NCBI GenBank assembly: GCA_900088475.1
Contig: FLMG01002424.1
Coordinates: 1 to 64,000, forward strand
Direction: 5' to 3'
DNA length: 64,000 nucleotides
From: Hyphochytrium catenoides
Taxonomy: Eukaryota > Protista > Hyphochytriomycota
Position numbers and translations under genes: made by a program. The notes beneath the pieces are model-generated. The model was given only the letters and a program-made list of their open reading frames with translations. It searched no databases and was not told the DNA's origin. Below are positions 24,500-37,630 of the stretch, one piece after another (the stretch's first letter is position 1; each line of letters begins with the position of its first letter).

Positions 24500-27400
24500 A
24501 TGGGGAACTCATCTTCATCTTCAGGCGTATCGGGCGCGGTCAACGGAATATTGAATCGCACCCTTAGCTCTCCAAGCGCGCAGCCTGCCATTGACATATT
24601 GCAGGCGGCGGAGAAAGCCGTTGGGAGAGAGGTTGTAGAATCAGTGAAAGAAGCTTTCCAGCGTCTTCAGCCTGCGCCTCAGTCTCCCTCCTCCCCCTCT
24701 CGACCTTTATCGCGCCCTGCCTCTTACCCATGGACAGCGCGTCAGGAGGAACTCTCAGCGCTCGAGGCGCTGTGGCTCACTCCTCAAGTCTTCAAGCAGG
24801 AGATTCTCACACCTCTCTTTCCTGACATGGTGAGTGATTGTGGGGCTTGCTGCCCTCCCCTTTCTGCTGTCGTTCTCTGCTTGGGAGTGCTGCCCTCAGC
24901 TCAGCTGCCCAGTGCCTGCCCTGTCTAGTGTCGTCAACTTCTCCTAGATTGCTCAAATGGAATTCTCTTTGGTCCTACCTTCTGGGCTTGTCTGGCCTTC
25001 TCTATTCGCTGATTGTCTTCTCTCCGTCCTCTCTTCTTTGCGCTGCCCTCTTCCTTACCAGGTATGCTTGCTTCGTCGTTCTCCTGACGTTTACTGCTGC
25101 TCTGTCTCTAACCCTCGTCTTGTTCCTCCCTTCCCGTTTGGTGTTTGATTGGTTGGCTGCTTCTTTCCTTGATAAGCCCCCAGTCCTGGCAGAATGCATC
25201 TTCAACACCTTTGACCTTAACTCCAGTGGACGCATAGAGCTCTCCGACTTTCTGATGGTCATCGTCATAGTCTTTGGTGAAGAAAGGGAGACAGCGCACA
25301 GAAGAGAGACAGCACGTGCTGGAGGTCGAGGCTGGGAAGACCGGAAGACTTTGGGAGTGTCTGAGCACCTGCTGTGGCTCCTCTTTCGCCTATACGATAT
25401 CCAGTCACAAGCCAGGAGAAAGGAGTCTTCGACTCCGCCCACGCCCGTTTCTCTCTCTTCTTTGCTTCTCTCTTGCAGCGGTGGAAAAGTCAGTCGAGAC
25501 ACCATTGAGAGGTTTATGCAGGTGGAGCGACATGGCACTGCTTTAACTCCTAGCTTACAGTACACCTCCTTCCGGAGTCGCTTTACCCTCCCGGCCCTTG
25601 GTCTTCATCCTTGATCTCTATCTGTCTCCCTCTCACCGACTAGTTACTGCTCTTTCGTCGTTGCAAAGGTGCTATCGGTCTCTCCTTACGTTCTGTTGCG
25701 GTGTCTCCGATGTCAATCAGGTACTCTATGGTCGTCGAGTCACATCTACCAGTCAGAACGAGCATATGTTAGACCTTCTGTTCTCTCCTATTGGAGTCTC
25801 TAAGGTATATGCGGTGCTTCTCTCGTCTTTTTTCCTTCGTTGTTTACTTCAGAAGCAGCATCTAAGAGCAACTGTTTTCCTCTCTCTCCCTATTACTCTA
25901 CTCTTTCCACTACTTCTATAAGCTCTTTCTTTCCCATAAACTCATACAGTGCCCTTTCTTCTCATCCCATCCTTCCGCTCTTGGTGCATAGGCCGGTAGC
26001 CTGAACTCCCATGAATGGACAAGTCGTATGCTGTCTCTCTATAGAAACAGAGTCAAAGGCGTTTCTCTCCTTACAGACTGGCTTAGATTTCTCCTACGTC
26101 GTGTCGTCTTCCCCTCTCCTCTCTGTTCTCTTCTTCTGGTAGTAGAGGTACGGTATGATGCAGGAAGAGTGAGGCAGAGCTTGATTGACTCTTCCCTCTT
26201 CACTGGAGCAGAGATCTTTGCCATACAGAATGCCTTCAGGACGTTGGTGGAGAAGCAACGGAGAGAAAGAGAGGTAGAGCTCGAGAGAAGAGCGGAAGAA
26301 GAAAGAAGGCAGGAAGTAGGGCCATTGGAGCCTGTGCCTCTCTCTTCTTCTTCTTCTTCGTCAGCTTCCCTGACAGAGATCGCGGGGCTAAGACTTGGAT
26401 ACGACTCTCTACTTTACATCTTTTCACCTTGTGTTCCGGAGGAATTTGTCCGTCAACTCGTAAGCAAGGTGCCTGCTCTCTGTCTCTGGATAGATCACTC
26501 TTCTTCTTCGTCGTCGTCTTTGTCCATGGGAGGACAGAGAGAGAAAGAAAGAAATGATGGGATGAGGAGGCAATTAAGTAGGAGAGCAAGTGCAAGAGAT
26601 GTCTCGGACGACGAAAGAGGCGGAAATGCAGGGTTGGACATCTTGGACGTCTCCTCTCTGCTCTCCCTCTTCTGCAGGGGTTCCCGCAGGGACCGATACT
26701 CGTTCCTTTTCCGGCTCTTTACGAACAAAGAAACTTCCTCAGCTGCCGCTCTTTCCTCTTCTGCTACTCTCTCGGAGACCGAGCTGCGGAATATAGTAGA
26801 GATGAGCATGCACTGTCTATACTTCTCATTTCCAGCGCTTCCCTGGGAGGACGAGGAAAGCAAGACGGCAAGGAAAAACAAGGTTCGTCTATTATGAGAG
26901 ATCTCTTGAGCCGGCGACGTAACTGCTACAACCAGCCCTTCTCCCCTTTCACGTCTGGTGAATCAGGCTGACTACGGCGTTTCTCTTACTTTTTCTTCTC
27001 TCTCTCTCTCTCTTCTCGCTTTCTGTCTCGCTTCATTAATCGTCCTTTCCATAGCTCCTTTTCGTCTTCCTTACCTGGTTTGCTACTTTGAGCTTTCTCT
27101 GCGGTTGTCCTGTTTACTTTGACGACTGACCTTATCCTCTCAAAATGACCTCAGCTCATCGCTTATGCGCTAGAGGTTGCTCGATCGGTATCGAAGGTAC
27201 AGAATTCACAGAAAGATGAGCGAATGCGACCAAAAGCAGGAGAATCTTTAACAGCTAAAGAAGAGGATAAACGGGAGCTCATGGTAGAAGACGAGGAGAA
27301 GGAGGACAGAGGATCAGAGATTGCGCTATCCGGTCCCACGTTTGAAGTTTGGAACCGGCGCGTGAGAGAGGAAACAGGGAATGATATCCTAGGCTCCCTC

Positions 27401-30400
27401 ATGCTCTCTGTCCTATCGTCTGCCTGCAGTTCCCTTCCTATTGCTCCAGCAGGGCCCGGAGAGGAGTTAAATGTTGTCACTTATCTTTGGAGATGCTCCA
27501 TTCGTCGCATGCGATCTTCTCTCTCTTCTCATATAAACCATTCCTCTTCCGGTTCTTCTCTGTCTCTCTCCAAGCTCTCATCCTTCTCAACGTCCTTTGA
27601 GCCCTGGAGTGTTATCTCCGCCGAATGGTGGGAAGATTGGGCGTCGTATGCCAACTGGGCACATGGAACTCAGGAACTGACCGAGAAGATCACTGAAGAG
27701 TCAATGGTCAGTTATCTGCTGATCGACCCGGACGCCGAGTTCCTTGTCAATGATCCTGCCAACGCCTCGCTGGAAAGGGAAGAGAGAGGGAGAGGAAAGC
27801 CTGGCCCTCTCAGTAATCTCCGCCTCCTTTCTTCCATGGGTTCTAAGCAGCTTAAACCTCAACTCAGACCCGGCGCTGATTTTGTGGTGAGTTTCTTTGT
27901 AGGCATTAGGGTGAGACAGACAGAAGAGCGCATAGAGAACAGTCCATGTTGGGATAGGGAGACGCGCGGCGTAGGCTAAATAGGGTGACAGATTGACGGA
28001 ACACAGAGAACGTGCAATTCAAGAGGAACTAGTAAAGAGGAGGATGAGTTGAGAGACGAAGACGGAGGGGGAAAGAAGAGGCACTGTTTAACCTTAGGTT
28101 CAGGCTCTTGGCTACATGTCAACTACACTGATCCACGTCCTTATTCCTCTCTCTATTTTCTTACCTCTATATCTGTCTTATCTTTCCCCAGCTGCTTCCT
28201 GTCTCTGTGTATAGAGCACTTGTCTCTTGGTACGGAGGAGGGCCTGAGATTATAAGGGGCCTAAGCGTACACCCAGGGGTCTCACCAGTGGAGAAGAGAG
28301 TGACATCATCCTCAATCCGGCCACCTCTCTCCTCCTCTGTTCTCTCTTCTCTCAGCTGCTTGGCCATTGAGCTCCGTCCTCTCACTATACGTCTCGCGGT
28401 GGCCGCCTTTTCGGAGGACCTGAAAGGACTCTTTGGCCCTTCCTCCTCATTGTCCACTCTCTCCTCCTCCTCTGTTTCTGCTTCGTCTCCCTCGTCCTCT
28501 CTCTCAACTCCTCTGATCAGAATGTCAGAAAAGGAGCTGCTAATAGGAAGAAATACGCCACTATCCATTCTCCGAGAAAAGGCTGTGGGTGCAGTGAGAG
28601 AGATGGTCAGGCCCGAGGTTCAGCTCAAAGCTAGGCTGTGGCGTCAAGAAGATAGCAACCCAGAGGATCTTGAGTATCAGGTGAGAAGGGGCGTGGCAAA
28701 CGCATAGGCAAGTGAGACAGAGGAGACAGAACGAGGGGTTTTTATTTGGATACTGTGAAAAGAGAGAAATGGAGAGGAGCATCAAGGAATAATCAGAACA
28801 AACCCCGACTACGCCCTCAGCTCACCTTTAATCTGCCACAGCCTAGCAGCTGATAGTTCTCTCATGGTCAGACATTTTTTCCGATCTCGTTGCTCCTCTA
28901 CATATGCCAATGGATTGTTACTGGCTTGTTCCTCCCTTTTCTAACTTCTTCTTTATCTGCAATATCTAGCTCCTCCACGGTGATCCCAAGACTGAGATTT
29001 GCGAGCTCTGCGTCTCTGCTCGAGAGGTCCTTCTTGTAGAGTTCAGTAGGTCTGGAGGCGTCTGGCCCATGCCAGAGGTAGATCTTTCTTCTTTCGATCC
29101 CTCCTCACCTGACTGGGCTGCCTCTCTGTCTATTGTCCTCCTATTTGAGCCCCGATAAACGGGTTTGGAAGGACGGTCTTCCGCTATTCAGTTCAGCCTC
29201 TTCGTCAGTCCTTGCCTACCTCTAATTTTGTCCATTTGCATCTTGTCCCTCTGCGTTGTATTCCAAAGATTCAAAAGCGACAAGTCTCTGAAGATTCCCA
29301 CGGACGAACCAGAGGTCGGAGGCTTTCTCTTCTTGGGCTAGAAGCGGGGGCGGATGGTGCGGAAGAAGGAAGTTCTGAGCTCGAAAGAGCACCAAAAGGC
29401 GAAGAGGGTGTCAGTGGGGCAGGGAGACCAGAAAGAACTCGCATGGAGTCCAAGCATCCGAAAAAGCTCTCTCTCTTCCCAGGGAGTCCTATAGAAGAGG
29501 AAGACGATAACAGCCTAACAAGGGCTGCGAAAGAGGAAAAGAGAAGGATCTCTCTCCATCCTCGCTCCTTCGTGGGCTTGGAAAATTTAGGCAACACGTA
29601 AGGGCGCCAGTCAGATCCGCCTCCCATCTGCTGACCTCCTATAGCCTCGTATTTTTCTTCATTGCATAAGCTCTTTGGCCCCTTTTCTCTTCCTTGCGCT
29701 TGCCCTTGCTCCCTAATCCCCATGTCGCTCTCTCTGCTTGATACTCTCTCGTTGCGTGCACACTCTCCCCTGTTACGTCTTCGACGCCTCATCTCTCCGC
29801 GTGGATCCATTATCCGCCTTCAGGTGTTACCTGAACAGTGCCTTGCAGTGTCTAGCGCACACGCCTCCTTTGTCGCAGTACTTCATCTCAGGCGCGTACC
29901 GTCTAGATCTCAACACCAAGAATACAATGGGGATGCAGGTGACCTCTAAGAACTCATTTACTTTCTTTCAAAATGTCCAGTAGTCTCGGAGTTGTGACCA
30001 AGACCCATGCGGGTATTTTACTTTTGTTTCTTGATTGTCCCATGCACCTTGCCATAGTGCTTCTGCTTTGCCACATGCTCGTATTTGCCCTCCTACGCAC
30101 TTTCTCCAATGTCAAGCTCGTGAACGGAGTGGGCTCTATCTAAGCTACAGAACGCCATAGGGAAAATTGGCTCTTGCTTATGGCGACCTAGTCTTGAACT
30201 TGTGGAATAGCAGCAAGGCCGCCTTGGCACCAAAGACGATCAAGGCCGTCATCAGTAGGTTCAATAGCCAATTTCAGGGCTTTGAGCAGCATGATGCGCA
30301 GGTGACTGAGATTGAGTTGAAAGTCGCTAAACCTTAAATCTTCCTCGCAGCTTCCTCGCAGCTTTGACTTTACCAGCGCTGGTTGGCACGTTTCCAGCTT

Positions 30401-30815
30401 AACCTTTTCCTGTTTCGGCCCTTCTCGCGCTATTAAGGACCACTTCCGCTCTTCCAATAGTTGCTCATACGCCTTCTTTTATGTAGGAACTGCTTGCTTG
30501 CATTCTTGAGGGACTTAGTGAGGATTTGAATCGGATAACATCCAAACCCTATCTTCACAACCCTGACAGCGACAATAAGACAGATGAAGAATGTGCGGAC
30601 ATTTGGTGGAGGAATCATCTGAAGAGGGAGCTTTCCATCATTGTCATCCTCTTCTCTGGACAATACAAAAGTACTCTAAAGTGTGCACTCTGTGGATATG
30701 AGTCCGCACGCTTTGAGCCGTTCATGACTCTTCAGGTGAGCGGAGAGCGCATTCATTTCGAGCCTCACTAGTCACCACGCCATATCGTTCTTCCATGGCC
30801 AAATCCATACTATCA

Positions 30816-30852
<37 letters not shown>

Positions 30853-33800
30853 TCTCTCTACTCTTCTCCCTCTTTACCCCGACTCAGGTGGTCCATGGGT
30901 GTACTCCACGTTTAGCTTTTTTCGATGCCTTTCTGTGGATATCCTTTTTGGTCCAGAATTTTGGCAAAATGCAGTCTACTTCCTGCTTCAAGTCTTTGTA
31001 TGTATTTCTGTGGTCCGTTGGCACTGAGACGAGCACCTCTTTTCTTCTTAGCCTAAGCAGTGGCCATTATTCCTCACAATGTGTCCATCCTGCGGCCTAG
31101 ATATGTTCCCCGCCAGCTCTTTCTCTGCGGCGCCTGTCTCTTGCTTCTACTCTCCTCCTTGTACCTCTCGTATTGCCTAATCACTCTTGCTAACCCGCTT
31201 GCCTTGCTCTTCTGACCCGTCCCGCGTACGCTTATGGGCTCAATGGTGGTTTTATCAACAGCTCCCTCTTCCCGCATCAACGGATTTCTTGACATCTCTG
31301 ACCCTGCACTTCGATGACGGGCAGCCACCCGTCCGGGTCACCTTCCGGATGGCCTCTGAAGCTACTGTGAAAGACTTGAAGCAAGAGATCCTGCGCCTCA
31401 TTGCAACTGACGAAAGAATCTCTCTACCGAACCCTCCTCACAAGACCTCCTTCAGGGATATAGTCGTCGCAGTTATCACGAAAAGAAGCATTATCGCTCA
31501 GATGCTTGCGGAGCACAGAAAGCTTGTTGGCATTTCTGAATCTCACAATCTGGCAGCCTTCATTCTCACCTCGACGTTAGGAGGAGAGACGAAGACGGCT
31601 GAGCGGGCGGTCGAGCACAGAGTTCATCAAGGGACCCTGGCGAATGTGGCGGAGAATGAGAGTCTAAGGGTTGAGATGACAGAGGAAGTGCACGCTAGGA
31701 GCACTGAGCAAAAGCAGGAGCTTCACAGTCAAAGTCCACCGTCGGAAGGGACTCAAGGTCTGAAGCGAGAGAGTAATGACAAGATGGGAAGCGAAGTGAA
31801 AGGAATCAAGGTACTGGAGTTGGACCGAGAAATGCGGAATGTAGGTGATCACGAACATAAGAGGGAAGAAGAACATAGCAGTGAAGAGTCTGGCGGACAT
31901 GATGTGGAGCTACACTTGGAAGCAGGTGCAGCGGTAAGCGTCATTTGGCCTGGTAGCTCTTCTCCTCTTCCGGCGCAAGTGGAAGAGATAAACGCCGACG
32001 GAAGTGTTAATTTGCGTTATGGAAACAATAAGCACAGTTACCATGTGCCCCGCTCTCTCCTTCTCTCCCCACGCCTCTCCACGGTTTTGCTGAGAGTAGT
32101 ACAAAGGCGCCCCGTGAGGCGCGAAAGGTACTTTCAAGACCCGTACTCCCTCTCTTTGTTCGGTCTCCCGTTCCTTCTCCGCGTCGTCCCTTCCAAGGTT
32201 ACAGGCCAAGAGCTATACGATGCTGTTTGGAGGCTTCTCCAGCCATTTCTTCGAGGGGAGAAAGACAGGGTACTGCCACGGCTTGATCATGACGCTTCTA
32301 TGCAGTTGGAGAAGAAGGAGAAACAAGGAGTTTCGCTACATTCTTCACCTTCAGGTATTGCCCTGGGTCGCCTGGTAGAGAGCATTGAGGACGATCAGAG
32401 CGGAAAAGGACAGAGAGAAGGCATGTGGCCAGAGTTTCCATTTACTCTCCACCTCGTGAAGGGGAGTGGCTCCTCTTGCTCTATTTGCCCCTGGCTCTAC
32501 GGCTGTGCGGGATGTGCAATTCTTCCCTCCTCAGCTCCTCTCCACTTCTTGGACGGTGATACGATCGCTGTGGACTGGAGCCTTACGACGTTTAAGGTAT
32601 AGAAGTCCGAAAGCGTCCGGCGATGCCTACCTTCCTAGGCTTTCTCTCTCTTGATCTGGCCGTTTTTAACTCTTTTCCTACTAGTCCTAGAGCTCTGCTC
32701 TGCGTAGTTTTCCGCAGTCATTCTGAAGGGAATGCGTTATGCTGCCGGGACTTGTAACGGCATCTCTGCCTGTGCTTCTATTCTATCGACTTTCCTCCTA
32801 CTGTTATCCTTTATCTCTTTCTGCCCTGACCGGGCGCCAAGATGTAGCCAGCAAGCTTGTGTTCAATCGCTCTCCCATGTCCCCGTATCTTCTCTGAGGT
32901 AGTTTCGTTTTGCTCTGGTTTCATAGGAGAATGCAGAGGTCGATCAGCTGAAGGCAGTTCGGGCGCACTCCTCTCCCTCGTCAAACAAGGTCTTAGAGCA
33001 GCGTCAAACCTCTATTTATGACTGCATCGCAGCCTTCACCAGCACGGAGACCATACCTGAGGTAAGGGAGAGAGGATGGACGTAGTCTCAATGGACGCTG
33101 AGATGACGAGGTCATTTCGAAGAGATGACAGGCACACTTCTCTCCTATCTTCTCTCTGTATATGTAGTCCTTGGGCTGGCTGATCCTATCTGGTTGATCA
33201 CCTCTCTTTCTCTTTCCGACGCAAGGTCATTCTCTTCACCGAATATCTCTGTGTATGCGGCCACTGGGTTGGCTTTCCTATGTGGTTGCGCCTCTCTTCC
33301 CTTCTCTCTTGCAGACTCTGTTTATATTTATCTAGACCACGTATCATGCTGTCTCTCTCTCTAACTTCCTTCCCCATGCCCCATCTCTTTCTTCTCTCTC
33401 TCTCTCTCTCTCTCTTTGTGTCTCTCTATCCACACTCTCTCTCTCTCTTCCGGCTATCAATTATCTCTCTGCAGTTCCATTGCAGTCGCTGCAAATCCCC
33501 CCAAGAATTCTCCAAGAAAATGGAGCTCTGGCGTCCTCCACCTCTTCTGATTCTCCACCTGAAGCGCTTTCAGTACACGCAAACAGCCAGAAGGAAGCTC
33601 AACAGGACAGTCCTGTTCCCTCTTCGCGGGCTAGATATCAGGCCCTTTGTGGCAAAGAGAGGGGAGAAAGGAAAAGATATTGCTCCCAGTGCTAATGTTA
33701 AGGATGACGCAGGAGAAGCACCCAGGGAGCGGGCCGATGACGAGCCGTCGAAGGATGGAGGAGACAAGCACGAGGTTACTGGGACACAGAAGGAAGAAGA

Positions 33801-34185
33801 GCGACCGGACGTGAGCTCTGAAGAGGAGCGAGAGAGAGAGAAAGATGATGCTCTGCCTCTTTATCTTTACGATCTCTACGCTGTAGTCAATCACGTGGGA
33901 GCGATGGGAGCTGGCCATTACACAGCTTTGGTCTATAGCAAGGAGAAAGGAGTGTGGTTGCACTTCAATGACGATGAAGTGGAGAAAGTTGAGGAAGAAA
34001 GAGTTGTCTCTCCCTCTGCATACATTCTATTCTATATGAGGAGAGACATGCAGGGCGTAGACATGTCCGAGATGTTTCCTCCTTCTCTATCTTCATCTTC
34101 CTCCTCCATATCCTACGCGGTGGATGAGGCGCAGCTTGAGAAGATTTTGACTGACAGAGATGCGGGAATGTGCGTCACAATGTAA
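24500..34185 (+). CDS. USP32: Multi-exon ubiquitin-specific protease, USP32-like (N-myristoylation motif, EF-hands, DUSP, UBL, split catalytic domain, C-terminal CaaX)
   Basis: MGNSSS start; EF-hand FNTFDLNSSGRIELSDF; DUSP WSVISAEWWEDWASY...PGPLSN...LVSWYGGGPEI; Cys box GLENLGNT|CYLNSALQCL (intron 29598-29823); QHDAQ|E; FSGQYKSTLKC; CSICPWLYGCAGC; LWRPPPLLILHLKRF; His box YDLYAVVNHVGAMGAGHYTA...WLHFNDD...AYILFY; ends CVTM*. Not every internal exon boundary was resolved. Confidence 0.9.
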
Positions 34186-34678
34186 ACAATCAGTCCGACT
34201 AGCCATAAACACCGGGGAAGGGAAGCGAGCGAAAGAGAGAGAAATCCACAATGAGAGACGCGAACGTGGGAGCAAGAAACGTGAGAGAGAAAGAAGAGGA
34301 AGGAGAGGGACAGGGGCGACAGAGAGAGTACAAAGAGAAGCGAGTGAGGAAGGGGAGGGAGACGGAGCTCCTACATTTGCCAAGGAAGCGGATGGCCCAG
34401 TTACTGTTCACAGCTCACAGCTGTGGACGCTTTGTAGCATTATCTCCTATTAGATACAGATAATTCGCCAACCATGCAGCCTGCCCTCAGGCTACTGATG
34501 TTCTGTCTTAGCTTTCTCTCTCTTCTTTCTCCGTGTCATCTTCTTCGTCCTCCAGGGTTTTCTTTTTCTCTTCTCCAGACAAAAGGCGGACAGATTGGCG
34601 AAGACTAGCAAAACAGGCTTGACAGCGCTTCAAGACGAGGAGAAAGACCAAGCAAAGTTTGGCTTACTGCATAAATAA

Positions 34679-37630
34679 CTAAGCGAAAGGAGAGGGAGGC
34701 GAGCCATACTTTTTCTCAAGGTCGAAGACGGCAGGAAAGAGAGAGAGACGCACTCCCTGTTCCCTACAGCTGCCTGCAAGTTTCCTGATGGTTCTAAGAG
34801 AAGGGTGATGTCCGAACTCTCTGCCTAGCTCAACTAATGGCTCCACCCTTTCCCATTGCCCAGTCTTCGCGGCCGCCAACAGAACTTTGTCTAAATCTCC
34901 TTCAGACGCTATCTGCGACTGCATCATTTTCCGCAATAAGTCTCCAGCAACATCAAGGTTCCCTGTCCGAGTAGCAGATGCCAACACCGGCCGATAGCTA
35001 CTCGATTTGGGTTCGATAGGAGCTGCCAGCATCTGCTTCCAAATCTGCAGCAGCACCTGGTCGTTGCCACTGCGAGCTACTCCCTCAATAACATAGGCGA
35101 AAGACGTAGCGTCGATCTCTTTCTTCTTCTCCATCCGTCCAAAGACCTTGAGCATATCGCTATAAAAGCCATACTTTCCCGTCACTTTCAACAGACAGTT
35201 GCTCTCTTGTGTCCCAGGAGAGAAGCCCTTTGTTTTCATTTGCTGCAGCACTTCCGATACCTCAAGGGGATCTCCTTCTTCGGCAAGTGCCATGAGAATA
35301 CGCAGATAATCTTCGCCCGTCAGAGCTCTGCCAGTCGCCTCCATGTAACCGAGAAGAGCCTTGGCTTTGTCTGGCCGACCAGAGCGCAGATGACCCTCGT
35401 AAACAAAGAGCAGAGCCGAGGACGGCATAGGAGGGTTATACTCGTTATAAAGCTCCACTATCTTTTCCGCCTCCTTCATCCTCGCCTCCTGGCACAAGCA
35501 GCGGAGAAGGGATAAAAGAGGTTGCTGTGAAGAGAGTTGCCTACGTTTCATGGCTTGAAGGGCAAGCGGAAGCCAGTCCAGAGATTGCAGGGAGTCCTCG
35601 GAAAGTCTCCGTTCCATGTTCACTAGTCGCCGTCCTCGTTCATAGATGTAGAGGTCGTACATCATCTGCAAAATCTCCCGTCCCTTGGACGCCCTTTCCA
35701 CGGCTATTTGGTCCGCCGGCGGAGCAGTCTCCCCAATCTGCCCTCTTGGACTCTCCAGGCTGTCTAGTTCTTTGTTTGCTATCTTCATCAAGTTCCTTGC
35801 ACTCTGAAAGTCTTGACGGGCGCAGTAGGCGCGCAAAACTAACAGCGAGAACTCTAGGTCAGGATGGATCTTTATGCCTCGCAGGTGCCTGAACAGGAGT
35901 AGTACACTCTCCCAATCCTCTCTTTCAGACAAAGCCTTCCCTAGCACCTTGATAGCTTGAAGGTACCTATCAGGAGCGAGAGACGAGACGAGAGATGGAG
36001 AGCTACAAACATAGCTTTTCTCGGCTTCTTCGAGGACTAGCATAGCTATGTCCACTTGTCCACGCTTTGCGCACTGCTCTACGATGGATATAGGGTCTAC
36101 GCCTTTCTCCTTCTCGTAGATCTGCAGCCACAACGGAAGGGAAGCGAAGGAAGGGAAGGAGCGCCCTTTTGGATGGCAGCTGAGAAGAGAGAGAATACCG
36201 GCGTTAGGCGGGGGGCAAAGCTGCCACAGCCGTCGCAGCAGTATGTGGACTCTCTCCCATTCTTCTGCCGCTAAAAGTGGAACTAATAGCTGCTGGATGC
36301 CTCGTAGGTCGCCCTCTTTCGCCCTCTCCCACATTTCCTTATCATCTCTTTCCTTTTTCTCCAGTGCAGCCTCTCCTGCTTCCCGGAGAGCCGGTGGAAG
36401 CGTTATATTTTCCTCTACCAGGTCCAGCGCCGTGATACCCTGCTGCCTGGAGGGCGCGGAGACACAGATTTGATGGACAAGCTCTCTCTGAAAACTTTCA
36501 TGAGTAACACGAATGTTATGTGCTCGAAACCATCGGAAGAACTGCCGCTGCTTCCATTCGTCTAATGGATGCGACCACAGATATTTGGCGAGTGTGGAAG
36601 GAAGAGCGCGCAGGCCCTCTTGCTCGGCTCGAAGAAGGATAGATACGGCTTCTTCTCTTCTCCCTTCTCTCACGTAAAGCGCTATGATGTCTTCCAGCGC
36701 GCTCTGCAGAGCGACTCCTGAACGTCCGTTTACCACCCTCGGGTCATGCTTTAGCATCTCTAAGAGTAGTTGCTCGGCCTCAAAAGGAAGAGAACTCAGT
36801 ATCAAGCCCATTATAGCGCTCCGGAGCTCCCAAACACCTAGTCCTTCCCCCGTCTTCCTCTTCCAACTCTTGCCCTCCTTCCCCCGGCCCTCACTATGCC
36901 ACAGCGCACGGATTGTCTGCAAATGCCCATGTTTCCCCAGAAAGAAGGCGACCTGAAGCAACGCTGTCGACCTCGAGCTGTTATTGGTAGATTGAGGCAG
37001 TAGGCGGAGCTTTCTGGCTGTTGTCAGAATTTCAGTCAGCTCCTTCCAGCTGCTGCGTTGCTCTAACAGACAATGCACCATCTTGAGAACCATGGGTCGC
37101 AAATTGCGTACGTCTGTCAGAGGAAGCAGAAGCTCCATGAGCGATAGACAGTCTCGGGCCCCCGCCAACGCGCTCCCCCCGCCGTCTGTCAGTAGGAGGA
37201 GATCAGTGCAGCAACGGTCTAGGTATTGTCGTAGGGCTTTCTCGTGTTGATGAAGATGATCCATTTCGTCTAAGGCGAAGTCCAGAACGGACCGAACAGA
37301 GACTAAAAGCTCTGCCAGTGAGGAATGAGGCCGTCTAGGCTCCATCAGAGCCCGTGGCGGAAGCTCTGCAACCGAAGAAGGTACAGAGTATTTGTATGGG
37401 AAGTTGGGTGCGGGGGGTGCAGGTACCGAAGGATCATCGCGCTCAATAGTCTGGATATCTAGCTGCTCCTCTGCGGGGCCTGCTAACACATGCTGGGACT
37501 GGGGAGAAGTATGAACGAGCAGCACCCGAGGAGAACCATGGGGTCTCTGGCGCTTGAGATCCAAGGAACTTGAGGTGCGAAGTGTAGGCAGCGGGGAACG
37601 CAGCCGTGCATTGGAGATAAGACGACGCAT
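34679..37630 (-). CDS. Intronless pentatricopeptide-repeat (PPR) protein, 983 aa, probably mitochondrial
   Basis: Long ORF with an R/S/L-rich N-terminus (MRRLISNARLRSPL...). About 35-aa helical repeats, e.g. EVSEVLQQMKTKGFSPGTQESNCLLKVTGKYGFYSDMLKVFGRM, SFAYVIEGVARSGNDQVLLQIWKQMLAAPIEP, SYRPVLASATRTGNLDVAGDLLRKM. Confidence 0.88.
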   Translation of the reverse strand: MRRLISNARLRSPLPTLRTSSSLDLKRQRPHGSPRVLLVHTSPQSQHVLAGPAEEQLDIQTIERDDPSVPAPPAPNFPYKYSVPSSVAELPPRALMEPRRPHSSLAELLVSVRSVLDFALDEMDHLHQHEKALRQYLDRCCTDLLLLTDGGGSALAGARDCLSLMELLLPLTDVRNLRPMVLKMVHCLLEQRSSWKELTEILTTARKLRLLPQSTNNSSRSTALLQVAFFLGKHGHLQTIRALWHSEGRGKEGKSWKRKTGEGLGVWELRSAIMGLILSSLPFEAEQLLLEMLKHDPRVVNGRSGVALQSALEDIIALYVREGRREEAVSILLRAEQEGLRALPSTLAKYLWSHPLDEWKQRQFFRWFRAHNIRVTHESFQRELVHQICVSAPSRQQGITALDLVEENITLPPALREAGEAALEKKERDDKEMWERAKEGDLRGIQQLLVPLLAAEEWERVHILLRRLWQLCPPPNAGILSLLSCHPKGRSFPSFASLPLWLQIYEKEKGVDPISIVEQCAKRGQVDIAMLVLEEAEKSYVCSSPSLVSSLAPDRYLQAIKVLGKALSEREDWESVLLLFRHLRGIKIHPDLEFSLLVLRAYCARQDFQSARNLMKIANKELDSLESPRGQIGETAPPADQIAVERASKGREILQMMYDLYIYERGRRLVNMERRLSEDSLQSLDWLPLALQAMKRRQLSSQQPLLSLLRCLCQEARMKEAEKIVELYNEYNPPMPSSALLFVYEGHLRSGRPDKAKALLGYMEATGRALTGEDYLRILMALAEEGDPLEVSEVLQQMKTKGFSPGTQESNCLLKVTGKYGFYSDMLKVFGRMEKKKEIDATSFAYVIEGVARSGNDQVLLQIWKQMLAAPIEPKSSSYRPVLASATRTGNLDVAGDLLRKMMQSQIASEGDLDKVLLAAAKTGQWERVEPLVELGREFGHHPSLRTIRKLAGSCREQGVRLSLFPAVFDLEKKYGSPPSPFA

